From: an uncultured Dehalococcoidia bacterium
GTDB taxonomy: Bacteria; Chloroflexota; Dehalococcoidia; SZUA-161
Assembly: GCA_964453665.1 (NCBI GenBank)
Contig: CAYVQT010000004.1
Coordinates: forward strand, 4,142-68,141
Length of the DNA stretch: 64,000 nucleotides
Reading direction: 5' to 3'
Part shown: piece after piece, positions 9,650 to 18,305 of the stretch
Layout of the letters: every line of letters starts with the position of its first letter
Position numbering within the stretch: position 1 is the first letter of the stretch
The notes under the pieces: generated by a model
Told to the model about the DNA's origin: nothing
Database searches by the model: none
The model's input: only the letters and a program-made list of their open reading frames with translations
Translations under genes and position numbers: made by a program

Positions 9650-11515
9650 CTATTCTCCGGCAGTAACCCTACGACTGCGCCCGGATGCCGTTTTCAACGC
9701 ACTATACTTACTCTGGCAGCTACTCATTTTCCCCTGAAGTCCACAGGCATTGCACGGCCCCGAACTACAATTAGGGGTTTCTTCTCCTAGCATAGTTCGT
9801 TCGTATTCTTTCCTGAGGAAACCGTGACTGATGCCGGTGTCTATATGTGTCCAGGGTAATATCTCATCCAGTGAGCGCTCCCGGCATGCATAGAAGCAGG
9901 GATCAAGGCCGCATCTACCGAAAGCCGTTTGCCACTTCTCATAGACAAAGTGTTCGCTCCAGGCATCGAACCTGCTCCCCAGTCGCCACGCGTGTTCGAT
10001 TGCCCCGGCCAGTCGCCTGTCACCACGCGACAGCACTCCCTCTAACAGGCTCGCATCAGGGTCATGCCATGACAATTGAACCCCCGACTTTTTCAGACCG
10101 TTTCTGAGAATCTGCTGTTTCGCAGCCAGCTCATCCTCGGACACTTGAGCCACCCACTGAAATGCGGTATGAGGTTTGGGAACGAAGGTAGAGGCATTAA
10201 CCCTGACATTAATTCTGCCCTTGCCCACACTCTTTATCCTGCGTACCAGATATACTATGCCCTCTATGTCGCTCAGCGTCTCGGTTGGCAGCCCGATCAT
10301 AAAGTAAAGTTTTACGCTTTTCCAACCTCTCTCCCAGGCAGTCTCAATAGTCTGCAGTATGTCTTCCTCAGAAATACCCTTATTAATCGCCCGGCGCAGC
10401 CGTTCTGTCCCTGCTTCAGGAGCGAAGGTAAAACTGGACTTCTTTCCATCCCGTAAGGAATCGGCTAATGCCACGGAAAAGGTATCAAGGCGCAGGCTGG
10501 GCAGCGACAGGATAATATTGTTTCCCCTGTACCGCTCTGATATAACGTTTACCAGATTCGCAATATCCGGATAATCGCTGGTACTCAGAGAAAGGAGAGA
10601 AATTTCGTCATAACCGCAGTTTCTCGCCAGGTCACCTACTGCCCTGACAATCTCCTCCCGGGAACGCTCCCTTACAGGTCGGTAGATTATGCCCGCCTGA
10701 CAGAAACGACAACCCTGATAACAACCGCGCTGTATCTCGACTGCGGCCCGGTCATGTACCACCTGAAGGTAAGGCACCAGGGTATTTGTCAGCGCGGGGG
10801 GTAAATTAGACACAATACGCCGCTCAATGGCCGGTTTCGCTTCAGCAACCATAGGTGTTATTGCTGCCACGGTCCCATCGTCATGATAGTCAACGCTGTA
10901 AAAACGGGGCACATAAATACCCTGTATCTGCGCTGCTTCACGAAGCAGTTCCTCCCTCCGCCCCGTCCCCTCTCTCTTCCATTCTCGGTATATATCAAGC
11001 AGCTCCAGGACCACCTCTTCGCCCTCACCTACAACAAACAGGTCTATAAATTCTGCCACTGGCTCCGGGTTAAGAGCGCAGCTACCACCCGCGATAACCA
11101 GTGGCATAGAGTCATCTCTTTCCGCAGCATTTATCGGCAGCCCTGCCAGGTCCAGTAGGTTGAGCACGTTGCTGTAGGTCAGCTCATATCCCAGTGAGAA
11201 CCCGATAATATCGAAGTCTTTTACAGGCCGTTTCGATTCCAGGCTGAAAAGGGGGTAGCCATCGCTGCGCATCTCAGCTTCCATATCGACCCAGGGGGAA
11301 AAGACCCGCTCTGCGAGCACATCGGTCTGCCTGTTCAGCAGATCATATATGATAGCCAGTCCGAAATTGGACATGCCGATCTCGTAGAGGTCGGGATATG
11401 AAATAACTACCTTTATCGCTGTCGATTCCCAGTCCTTTGAGACGCTGTTCCATTCTCCACCTGTGTAGCGGGCAGGCCTTTTTACTCTGGAAAGAATACT
11501 ATCTAGATTTACCAT
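9650..11515 (-). CDS. B12-binding-domain radical SAM protein (TIGR03960-like, function unknown)
   Basis: 621 aa. N-terminal B12-like domain, then EIQRGCYQGCRFCQAG (a CxxxCxxC radical SAM cluster motif). Confidence 0.85.
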   Translation of the reverse strand: MVNLDSILSRVKRPARYTGGEWNSVSKDWESTAIKVVISYPDLYEIGMSNFGLAIIYDLLNRQTDVLAERVFSPWVDMEAEMRSDGYPLFSLESKRPVKDFDIIGFSLGYELTYSNVLNLLDLAGLPINAAERDDSMPLVIAGGSCALNPEPVAEFIDLFVVGEGEEVVLELLDIYREWKREGTGRREELLREAAQIQGIYVPRFYSVDYHDDGTVAAITPMVAEAKPAIERRIVSNLPPALTNTLVPYLQVVHDRAAVEIQRGCYQGCRFCQAGIIYRPVRERSREEIVRAVGDLARNCGYDEISLLSLSTSDYPDIANLVNVISERYRGNNIILSLPSLRLDTFSVALADSLRDGKKSSFTFAPEAGTERLRRAINKGISEEDILQTIETAWERGWKSVKLYFMIGLPTETLSDIEGIVYLVRRIKSVGKGRINVRVNASTFVPKPHTAFQWVAQVSEDELAAKQQILRNGLKKSGVQLSWHDPDASLLEGVLSRGDRRLAGAIEHAWRLGSRFDAWSEHFVYEKWQTAFGRCGLDPCFYACRERSLDEILPWTHIDTGISHGFLRKEYERTMLGEETPNCSSGPCNACGLQGKMSSCQSKYSALKTASGRSRRVTAGE

Positions 11516-11617
11516 TTTCGCCTCAAGCAGTCATTATAGCTTCATGGTGTTAACGGCGCAAATTGGAGACCGAACATTCTTGACTTATACCGCTTTTGGC
11601 CTTAGTCTAAAACCGCA

Positions 11618-12274
11618 ATGAGCTTCCGCGAACTGGACCAGCCCCTCGAACAAGTGCAGGAAGAAACAGGTTTGGATGAGGGGAAAATCGTAAAACCAGA
11701 GGTAAGAATACCGGGCAAAGGGCGTTGGAAATACATACTTCTGCTGGCAGCGGGCGCCCTGGCGATGATACTGGTGAGCATCCTTATTAAGAAGCCGACC
11801 AACTTCGAAGAGTACATCACCGCCTCTGGTTACGGAGGCGTATTTCTTATGGCGGTCATCGGCAGTGCATCCCCGGTCTGGCCTCTCCCCGGTTCGTGGG
11901 CAGCCTTCATCGCCGGAGGCCTGGGACTGAACCCGTTTCTACTGGGACTGGCTGCGGGATTCGGTGAGCCTATAGGAGAGCTTACCGGCTACACGGCGGG
12001 CTACGGCGGACAGATAGCCATCAACAAATGGAAGAGATATGAGAAAATAGAGAACTGGATGAGGCGGCACGGCGGTATCACCATATTCTTCATATCCGCA
12101 ATACCAAACTTTTTTATAAAGCTGGCAACCGTAGCCGCCGGCGCCCTCTGCTATCCTCTGTGGAGGTTCTTCATTTTCTGCTGGGCGGGCAAGACAGTCA
12201 AGTCACTGGCTTTCGCCTTTGCAGGCGCCGGTCTTTTCGACGGGATCAAGGCTCTTATCGAGCGCGTCTTTTAG
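11618..12274 (+). CDS. DedA/YqaA-like (VTT domain) membrane protein
   Basis: 218 aa, multiple TM segments, GGVFLMAVIGSASPVWPLPG segment resembling the VTT/SNARE-associated domain. Moderate certainty on the family. Confidence 0.6.
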   Translation: MSFRELDQPLEQVQEETGLDEGKIVKPEVRIPGKGRWKYILLLAAGALAMILVSILIKKPTNFEEYITASGYGGVFLMAVIGSASPVWPLPGSWAAFIAGGLGLNPFLLGLAAGFGEPIGELTGYTAGYGGQIAINKWKRYEKIENWMRRHGGITIFFISAIPNFFIKLATVAAGALCYPLWRFFIFCWAGKTVKSLAFAFAGAGLFDGIKALIERVF

Positions 12275-12403
12275 TATACTTTCCATTACAACGTTCGACT
12301 GCGTTATATACCTTCCAGCCATCTCCTCAACACCCGTAGCATTTGCCCCTGAAACGCTGTTGCGTTAAAATCACCTCAACATCTCCCCCAAGAGGATAAT
12401 ATA

Positions 12404-12889
12404 ATGGAAACACTTCTCATCGCGCTCGTTTCTATATTGTTGCTGCTATTGATAGTGGTGCTGGCGCTGCTGCTGAGGCCGAGGAGGGTTGAGGTGCCCG
12501 CTATAGAGGAAATGGAGAACAAGCTCCGCTTCGCCCTCGCCTCCGCGGACTCGGTAAAGCAGATTCAGGAAATCCTGGAGGACCTGCCCAGCGACCTTCT
12601 GCAGTCGATTACCAGGAGCCTGGGCAAGAGGACGGGCAAGCTCAACGAGCTGATGGCCACCTTCGAGCTGACCCAGTACGACAGGCTGTTCTACCTGGGC
12701 GACCCCATCGACTTCGTCGGCATCAAGTACGACGAGAGCATCGACTTTATCGAGGTCAAGACAGGGAGGTTTCGCCTCACCGAGGACGAGAGAAAGCTGA
12801 GGGAGCTTATCGAGACCGGGCGGGTATGCTACGTGCCGCTGACCGTTCAGCGCATCGGCATCGCCGAAGAGGTCGAGACGGGGGAGTAG
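12404..12889 (+). CDS. Membrane-anchored endonuclease related to archaeal Holliday junction resolvase (COG4741 / PF10107-like)
   Basis: N-terminal TM helix (LLIALVSILLLLLIVVLALLL), a helical linker, then GDPIDFVGIKYDESIDFIEVKTGRFRLTEDERKLRELIETGRV. This matches the D...E-x-K PD-(D/E)xK pattern of Hjc-like nucleases. About 62% GC by spot count. Confidence 0.7.
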   Translation: METLLIALVSILLLLLIVVLALLLRPRRVEVPAIEEMENKLRFALASADSVKQIQEILEDLPSDLLQSITRSLGKRTGKLNELMATFELTQYDRLFYLGDPIDFVGIKYDESIDFIEVKTGRFRLTEDERKLRELIETGRVCYVPLTVQRIGIAEEVETGE

Positions 12890-12917
12890 GGTTCTAATTA
12901 GGCTTAGGAGGTGGGAA

Positions 12918-14222
12918 ATGGTACTAATGATAAGGTGCCCACTTACTGGATTGACTTGCGGCAAACCTATCGCTATTCAAGAAAAGACCTTCTTTCTTTC
13001 AGAAGCTGATGAACCCCGCGATGCGACAGATCGGCGGCGTAAAGCCATAAAAGAAGCGCTAGGAAAGAAATATCAGATAAGAAGCGCGCTTCTCGAGAAG
13101 CAGCCAATTGCGTTTAATTGCAAGATTTGTGAAATGATACAATCTTGTGCCTATGGCATAGCTGACATTACAGGACAAAAACCTAACGTGCTACTGGAAT
13201 TAGGGATGATGTTCGCACTTGGTAAGCCCACAATAATACTGTGTAAAAAGGGAGAAGAATGGCTATTGCAACTGCCTTCGAATCTGAATGCAATAGAAGT
13301 AGTTCCCTTCGAAGACTATATCGACATAATAGATGATGTCAGACAAATTGCTTCATCACTTCCACCATCAGTAACGCCGCTGTTACCTTTTGAGGAAACA
13401 GAGAAGGTTTTACAAGAGTTTAACCCTCAACTTGCTAAAGATATAAAAAAGGCGTTAGACGAACACAAAATTACACTGGTTGCAGAATTCGAGAAGGTCA
13501 TCAAAGAAGCCAAACTGGACACCACTGTTTCTGAGAAGGAGCGGATTCAAATTACACCGAAGCTAGAAGAAAGACTGGCTAAGCTTGAAGAGTCGCTAAA
13601 GAAGTACGAGAGGCTGGGATTTGCATCGGACGCAACGACCGCTTTTTACAGGGGTAATTTCTACTATGACAGGCAAGAATACGAGGCTGCTATCGAGCAA
13701 TACGATTGGGCTTTTACACTGAATCCTCATTATACATCAGCACTAAACAACAGGGGCAACACCTATCATGAACTGGAACGCTACGATGAAGCCATCGCTG
13801 ACTACAACCGCGCCATCGAGCTAAGGCCCGATTACCCCGAAGCACTAAACAACAGGGGCAACACCTATCATGAACTGGAACGCTACGATGAAGCCATCGC
13901 TGACTACAACCGCGCCATCGAGCTAAGGCCCGATGACCCCGTAAAACTCAAGAACAGGGGTACTACTTACACTAAAATGGAGCGTTACGATGAGGCCCTC
14001 GCTGACTTCAACAGGGCCCTCGAGCTAAGGCCCGATTTCTCCGGTGCGCTATACAATTTAGCGTGCTTTTTCTCACTGACTGACAGGCCGGATGATGCTA
14101 TTTCTAATTTAGTGAAGGCCATACGGCTGGGTCAGAAGTACCTCGAAATGGCGAAAACAGACAGCGACTTCGACAAAATTCGCAATGACCCCAGATTTCA
14201 AAATTTAATTGAAGAAGACTAG
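12918..14222 (+). CDS. TIR-like (PF10137-like / nucleoside 2-deoxyribosyltransferase-like fold) domain, coiled coil and five TPR repeats; function unknown
   Basis: AGGAGGTG RBS 5 nt before the ATG. N-domain: KTFFLSEAD ... [53 protein letters not shown], which matches the NVxFELG...G..PSDL signature of bacterial TIR-like effector domains. Residues about 150-235 are K/E-rich helix. The C-terminal half holds 34-aa TPR units and a DPRFQNLI cap. The N-terminal half is about 37-40% GC by spot count. Confidence 0.65.
   Translation: MVLMIRCPLTGLTCGKPIAIQEKTFFLSEADEPRDATDRRRKAIKEALGKKYQIRSALLEKQPIAFNCKICEMIQSCAYGIADITGQKPNVLLELGMMFALGKPTIILCKKGEEWLLQLPSNLNAIEVVPFEDYIDIIDDVRQIASSLPPSVTPLLPFEETEKVLQEFNPQLAKDIKKALDEHKITLVAEFEKVIKEAKLDTTVSEKERIQITPKLEERLAKLEESLKKYERLGFASDATTAFYRGNFYYDRQEYEAAIEQYDWAFTLNPHYTSALNNRGNTYHELERYDEAIADYNRAIELRPDYPEALNNRGNTYHELERYDEAIADYNRAIELRPDDPVKLKNRGTTYTKMERYDEALADFNRALELRPDFSGALYNLACFFSLTDRPDDAISNLVKAIRLGQKYLEMAKTDSDFDKIRNDPRFQNLIEED
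13739..13942 (+). repeat. Tandem 102-bp duplication (2 copies, 100/102 identical) equal to exactly one TPR unit
   Basis: 13739-13840 and 13841-13942 differ only at offsets 95 and 102. Both encode [31 protein letters not shown]. Confidence 0.95.
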
Positions 14223-14224
14223 CT

Positions 14225-16195
14225 ATGCCACCATTTAAAATCGTCTCCGATTTCGGGCTTACGGGCGACCAGCCCCAGGCGGTGGACAAGCTCGTCGATG
14301 GGCTAAAACAGGGCCACGGGCAGCAGACGCTTCTCGGCGTGACCGGAAGCGGCAAGACCTTCACTATGGCCAACGTCATCGAGCGCGTCCAGCGCCCCAC
14401 GCTGGTCATTGCCCACAACAAGACTCTCGCCGCCCAGCTATGCTCCGAGTTCCGCGACTTCTTCCCCGATAACGCCGTGGAGTACTTCGTCAGCTACTAC
14501 GACTACTACCAGCCGGAGGCCTATATACCACGCACCGACACCTACATCGAGAAGGAGATAGATATCAACGACGAGATAGACAAGCTGCGCCACGCCGCCA
14601 CCCGCTCCCTCTTTACCAGACGCGACGTGGTCATCGTAGCGTCGGTGTCCTGCATTTACGGTTTAGGAGACCCTGACGAGTACTACGGCTTCGTGGTGAG
14701 CCTCTCAAAGGGAGAGAAACGGAACCGGGACCGGCTCGCCCGTCAACTGGTTGACATGCAGTACGAGCGCAACGACATCGACTTTACGCGGGGACGCTTC
14801 CGCATAAGAGGGGATACCTTGGAGATACAGCCCGCTTACGAGGAGCTGGCGGTACGAGTCCAGTTCTTTGGCGACGAGGTCGAGCGCATCCTGGAGATAG
14901 ACCCGCTCACGGGAGAGCTCCTCGCCGATCGCGAGCAATTAGAGATATACCCCGCCAAGCACTTCGTTACCTCATACGACAAGCTGATGGCCGCTATCGC
15001 CGACATACAGGTCGAGATGGGGGAGAGGGTCGCCGAGCTCAAGGGCCAGGGCAAGCTGCTCGAGGCGCAGAGGCTGGAGGCGCGCACCAACTACGATATC
15101 GAGATGCTGCGCGAGGTGGGCTACTGCACGGCGGTGGAGAACTACTCACGCCACCTCGCCCGCAGAGCCCCGGAAAGCAGGCCGTGGACGCTCCTGGACT
15201 ACTTCCCCGACGATTTCCTGCTCTTCGTCGACGAATCACACATGGCGCTGCCCCAGGTCAGGGGCATGTACCACGGCGACCGCTCCCGCAAGGAGACCCT
15301 TGTTGAGTACGGCTTCCGCCTGCCCTCGGCGCTGGATAACAGGCCGCTGAACTTCGGCGAGTTCGAGGACCTCATCAACCAGGTTATATACGTCTCGGCC
15401 ACTCCGGGGCCCTATGAGTACGAGCACAGCGTTCAGGTGGTGGAGCAGGTTGTGCGACCCACCGGACTCCTCGACCCCACGGTCGAGGTCAAGCCCACAA
15501 AAGGACAGGTCGATGACCTCCTCGACCAGATAAAGACCAGAACCGACCGCGGCGAGCGCTGCCTGGTCACCACCCTGACCAAGAGGATGGCTGAGCAGCT
15601 TGCCGATTACCTTATCGAGATGGGCATAAAGACCCACTACCTCCACTCGGAGATAGATACGCTGGAGCGGGTGGAGATTCTGCGCGACCTGCGCCTGGGC
15701 GTCTACGACGTTGTGGTGGGCATCAACCTGCTGCGCGAGGGGCTCGACCTGCCCGAGGTGAGCCTTGTCGCCATCCTCGACGCCGACAAGCAGGGTTACC
15801 TCAGGTCATGGGGGGCTCTCATCCAGACAATGGGCCGCGCCGCCCGCCACATCGAAGGGCATGTCATAATGTACGCCGACACGGTTACCGACTCCATGAG
15901 GCGCGCGATAGACGAGACCGACCGCCGCCGCAAAATTCAGGAGGCTTATAACCTCGAGCACGGCATAACCCCGCAGGGCATCAGGAAAGCGATAAGGGGC
16001 ATCACCGACCAGCTTAAGGCAGTCGCCGAGACGCGCGCCCCGTACACCGTGGACGCCGCCATCCCTAAAGATGAGATAGCACGCCTGATTAAGAACCTCG
16101 AACACCAGATGAAAGCGGCGGCCAAGAACCTTGAATACGAGAAGGCGGCCCTTCTTAGAGACCAGATCGTAGACCTGAGGAGAGAGCTGGTTTAG
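14225..16195 (+). CDS. uvrB: Excinuclease ABC subunit B
   Basis: 656 aa. [16 protein letters not shown] start, Walker A GVTGSGKT, helicase motifs, C-terminal UVR domain ([18 protein letters not shown]). The ATG lies 2 nt after the upstream stop. Confidence 0.97.
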   Translation: MPPFKIVSDFGLTGDQPQAVDKLVDGLKQGHGQQTLLGVTGSGKTFTMANVIERVQRPTLVIAHNKTLAAQLCSEFRDFFPDNAVEYFVSYYDYYQPEAYIPRTDTYIEKEIDINDEIDKLRHAATRSLFTRRDVVIVASVSCIYGLGDPDEYYGFVVSLSKGEKRNRDRLARQLVDMQYERNDIDFTRGRFRIRGDTLEIQPAYEELAVRVQFFGDEVERILEIDPLTGELLADREQLEIYPAKHFVTSYDKLMAAIADIQVEMGERVAELKGQGKLLEAQRLEARTNYDIEMLREVGYCTAVENYSRHLARRAPESRPWTLLDYFPDDFLLFVDESHMALPQVRGMYHGDRSRKETLVEYGFRLPSALDNRPLNFGEFEDLINQVIYVSATPGPYEYEHSVQVVEQVVRPTGLLDPTVEVKPTKGQVDDLLDQIKTRTDRGERCLVTTLTKRMAEQLADYLIEMGIKTHYLHSEIDTLERVEILRDLRLGVYDVVVGINLLREGLDLPEVSLVAILDADKQGYLRSWGALIQTMGRAARHIEGHVIMYADTVTDSMRRAIDETDRRRKIQEAYNLEHGITPQGIRKAIRGITDQLKAVAETRAPYTVDAAIPKDEIARLIKNLEHQMKAAAKNLEYEKAALLRDQIVDLRRELV

Positions 16196-16226
16196 AGATA
16201 AGGCAAACATAAGAATTTATGCGGTT

Positions 16227-16263
16227 CTCCCTCCCGCAAGGGGAGGGAGTTAGAGGGAGGGGG
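16227..16263. repeat. GC-rich hairpin repeat, type A copy 1
   Basis: CTCCCTCCC-gcaag-GGGAGGGAG followed by TTAGAGGGAGGGGG. Near-identical copy at 16899-16935 and a partial copy at 16859-16877. Confidence 0.85.
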
Positions 16264-16266
16264 CAG

Positions 16267-16302
16267 TTCACCCTCACCTAACCTCTCCCGTCAAGGGAGA
16301 GG
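16267..16302. repeat. Hairpin repeat, type B copy 1
   Basis: TTCACCCTCACCTAA then CCTCTCCC-gtca-AGGGAGAGG. Repeated at 16671-16732. Confidence 0.85.
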
Positions 16303-16322
16303 TACATTTAGAGTAGAAAATT

Positions 16323-16667
16323 ATGAAAGGACAGAGGCCAACTTTTATCGCCCGAAAGCTACGTCAGAATCAAACTGACGCTGAGGGTCTACTTTGGATG
16401 AGGATGAGGAACAATCAGCTAGAAGGCGCTAAGTTCAGACGACAACAACCTATAGGTTCATACATCGTTGATTTTATAAGCTTTGAGCGAAAGCTTGTAA
16501 TTGAAATCGACGGCGGTCAGCATAATGAGAAGGAATCTCGGGAAAGGGATCATGATAGGACAACCTGGCTTGAGAATAGAGGCTATCATGTACTGAGGTT
16601 CTGGAATAACGATATTCTTACGAATATCGAGGGTGTTCTGGAAAGGATAGGTGAAGTTCTAGGATGA
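16323..16667 (+). CDS. DUF559 endonuclease-domain protein (Vsr/restriction-endonuclease-like fold)
   Basis: 114 aa. ARKLRQNQTDAEGLLW ... FRRQQPIGSYIVDF ... KLVIEIDGGQH ... D..RTTWLENRGYHVLRFWNNDI is the canonical DUF559 pattern. About 35% GC by spot count. Confidence 0.88.
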   Translation: MKGQRPTFIARKLRQNQTDAEGLLWMRMRNNQLEGAKFRRQQPIGSYIVDFISFERKLVIEIDGGQHNEKESRERDHDRTTWLENRGYHVLRFWNNDILTNIEGVLERIGEVLG

Positions 16668-16670
16668 AGT

Positions 16671-16732
16671 TTCACCCTTACCTAACCTCTCCCGTTCGGC
16701 TGAGCTCACGGCCGAAGCCGTCAAGGGAGAGG
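16671..16732. repeat. Hairpin repeat, type B copy 2, carrying a nested 26-nt hairpin insertion
   Basis: Same arms as 16267-16302, but the loop contains an extra palindrome of the type TTCGGC..GCCGAA. Starts 4 nt after the DUF559 stop. Confidence 0.85.
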
Positions 16733-16858
16733 AATATGCGATAGGATTTTCGCCAAGCATTAATATCAAACATAGATTACCGATAAAGGTATTATTAAAG
16801 AGCCTTAAATAGAAAGAGGCTTGTAAATATTTTTCGCTTTCCTACCTACTCTTGCAGA

Positions 16859-16935
16859 AGGGAGTTAGAGGGAGCGGTAGATAGAGAGTCTTACTGTCCT
16901 CCCTCCCTTGGCGGGAGGGAGTTAGAGGGAGGGGG
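16859..16935. repeat. Type A repeat: partial copy (16859-16877) plus full copy 2 (16899-16935)
   Basis: AGGGAGTTAGAGGGAGCGG, then CTCCCTCCC-ttggc-GGGAGGGAGTTAGAGGGAGGGGG. Same orientation as copy 1. Confidence 0.85.
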
Positions 16936-17145
16936 AAGGTCATTGGAAGAGGATAAGACCAGACAGGAGAGACGCGAGGAGCGGCAGCGTAAGAGCAGAT
17001 ATAAGATGCTTAAGCACGGACGGGGCCTCGTCCGTGTGTATAAGGACGCCATACTCAAACGAATCGGGAAAGGAAATAAAAAGGCATAGCGTTTGAAATG
17101 AGATTCTTCGCTACGCTCAGAATGACACAGGGGTAAGGAGAGCAT

Positions 17146-17967
17146 TTGAAGAGAACTGGTATCTTTTTTCTCTACCTGATCGGAGAGCGTCTTAATGACT
17201 TCCCCGAAGAGCTTGCGGGTATACTGGACAGACCCAATATCAGCTTCTATGAAGCCTTCTACGAGCTCACGCCGACGCCCGAGGAGCTGCTCCTGAAAGT
17301 CCACACGCCTCAAATGATAGAGAGTGTTAAACAGACCATCTACTACGAGACAGCCCTTTACTCAACGGGCGGCACAGTACAGGCTGCGGAGCGAATATGG
17401 CGCAGCGAGATAGACAACGCCTTCGTTTTTACGGGTACCGGCGACCACCACGCCGGGAGGGATTACTTCGGCGGCGGCTGTCACTTCAACGGAGCAGCGC
17501 TGGCTATAGCTAAACTGAGGGGAGAGTTCGGGGCGAGGAGATTCGCCATACTCGATACCGACTCTCATCACGGAGACGGCACCAGGGACATATTCAAGGA
17601 TGATAAAGACGTTCTCCACATCTGCCTCTGCGGCTATGACCACGACGATGGCACCAACGTGGATGTTGCTGTCCCTTACTCCATCACCGACGAGCGATAT
17701 CTGGGCATACTGGAAGCCGAGTTTACCCCCCGGATTGCTGATTTCAGGCCGGAGATAATATTCTGGGAGTTCGGCTATGACGCCACCAGCGGTGATTACG
17801 GGAGCAAAGGGCTGTCCATTGACTGTCACCCGCAGATAGCCGGAATTGTGCGTCGGGCAGCTGATAGCGTATGCCGTGGAAGGGCGGTTGCCATTCTCTG
17901 CGGCGGCAGCAGGCGTGACATAGCCCGATACTGCATCCCGAGAGTCATAAACCGCTTTTCGGAATGA
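17146..17967 (+). CDS. Histone deacetylase / acetoin-utilisation (AcuC-like) family deacetylase
   Basis: GTGDHHAGRDYFGGGCHFNG and AILDTDSHHGDGT zinc/active-site motifs of the arginase-deacetylase superfamily. TTG start after AAGGAG. Confidence 0.85.
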   Translation: MKRTGIFFLYLIGERLNDFPEELAGILDRPNISFYEAFYELTPTPEELLLKVHTPQMIESVKQTIYYETALYSTGGTVQAAERIWRSEIDNAFVFTGTGDHHAGRDYFGGGCHFNGAALAIAKLRGEFGARRFAILDTDSHHGDGTRDIFKDDKDVLHICLCGYDHDDGTNVDVAVPYSITDERYLGILEAEFTPRIADFRPEIIFWEFGYDATSGDYGSKGLSIDCHPQIAGIVRRAADSVCRGRAVAILCGGSRRDIARYCIPRVINRFSE

Positions 17968-18014
17968 GTCCGGTTATCTCCAAAAATGACCAGTAGATAT
18001 ATATCATTTGGGCG

Positions 18015-18044
18015 TTGAGCGCTGGCTGTCTCATATGCTATAAT
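18015..18044 (+). promoter_or_regulatory. Putative sigma-70 promoter of the atp operon
   Basis: TTGAGC, 18-nt spacer ending in TGC (extended -10), then TATAAT, 16 nt before atpZ. Confidence 0.55.
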
Positions 18045-18059
18045 CTCTAAGGCTGTCTG

Positions 18060-18305
18060 GTGATGGGGAAAAGATGGGCTGATGTATTCAGATTCGTAGG
18101 AATCGGATGGTATATAGCTGTCTGCATACTCTTAGGAGCACTGGGCGGACGTTGGATAGGGCAGCAGCTTGATTTCAGCAGCAGCGATGTCATATTCACC
18201 ATCCTGGGATTGTTCTTAGGCCTGATAGTGGCCTTCTTGGGCATCTACCGCATGGTCAAGGCGATTGTATCCAATAAGGAAAATAAGGGTGAGGAAAATA
18301 GCTAG
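18060..18305 (+). CDS. atpZ: AtpZ/AtpI-like small membrane protein of the F1Fo operon (PF09527-like)
   Basis: 81 aa, two TM helices (FVGIGWYIAVCILLGALGG, FTILGLFLGLIVAFLGIY), first gene of the atp operon. Confidence 0.75.
   Translation: MMGKRWADVFRFVGIGWYIAVCILLGALGGRWIGQQLDFSSSDVIFTILGLFLGLIVAFLGIYRMVKAIVSNKENKGEENS

Noticed and set aside
12446-12964. 172-aa minus-strand ORF antisense to the Hjc-like nuclease gene, and similar antisense ORFs across uvrB (for example 14104-14421, 14836-15090, 15039-15239, 15236-15646 and 15806-16210).
   Set aside because: These are shadow ORFs typical of high-GC coding DNA. They have Pro/Arg/Gly/Leu-rich low-complexity products, no RBS, and lie fully inside well-supported sense genes.
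16891-17313. 140-aa minus-strand ORF spanning the repeat region and the 5' end of the deacetylase gene.
   Set aside because: Its sequence is made of translated repeat elements (PPREGGQ from repeat A, CHSERSEESHF from the RFFATLRMT motif). It also overlaps the start of a well-supported gene.
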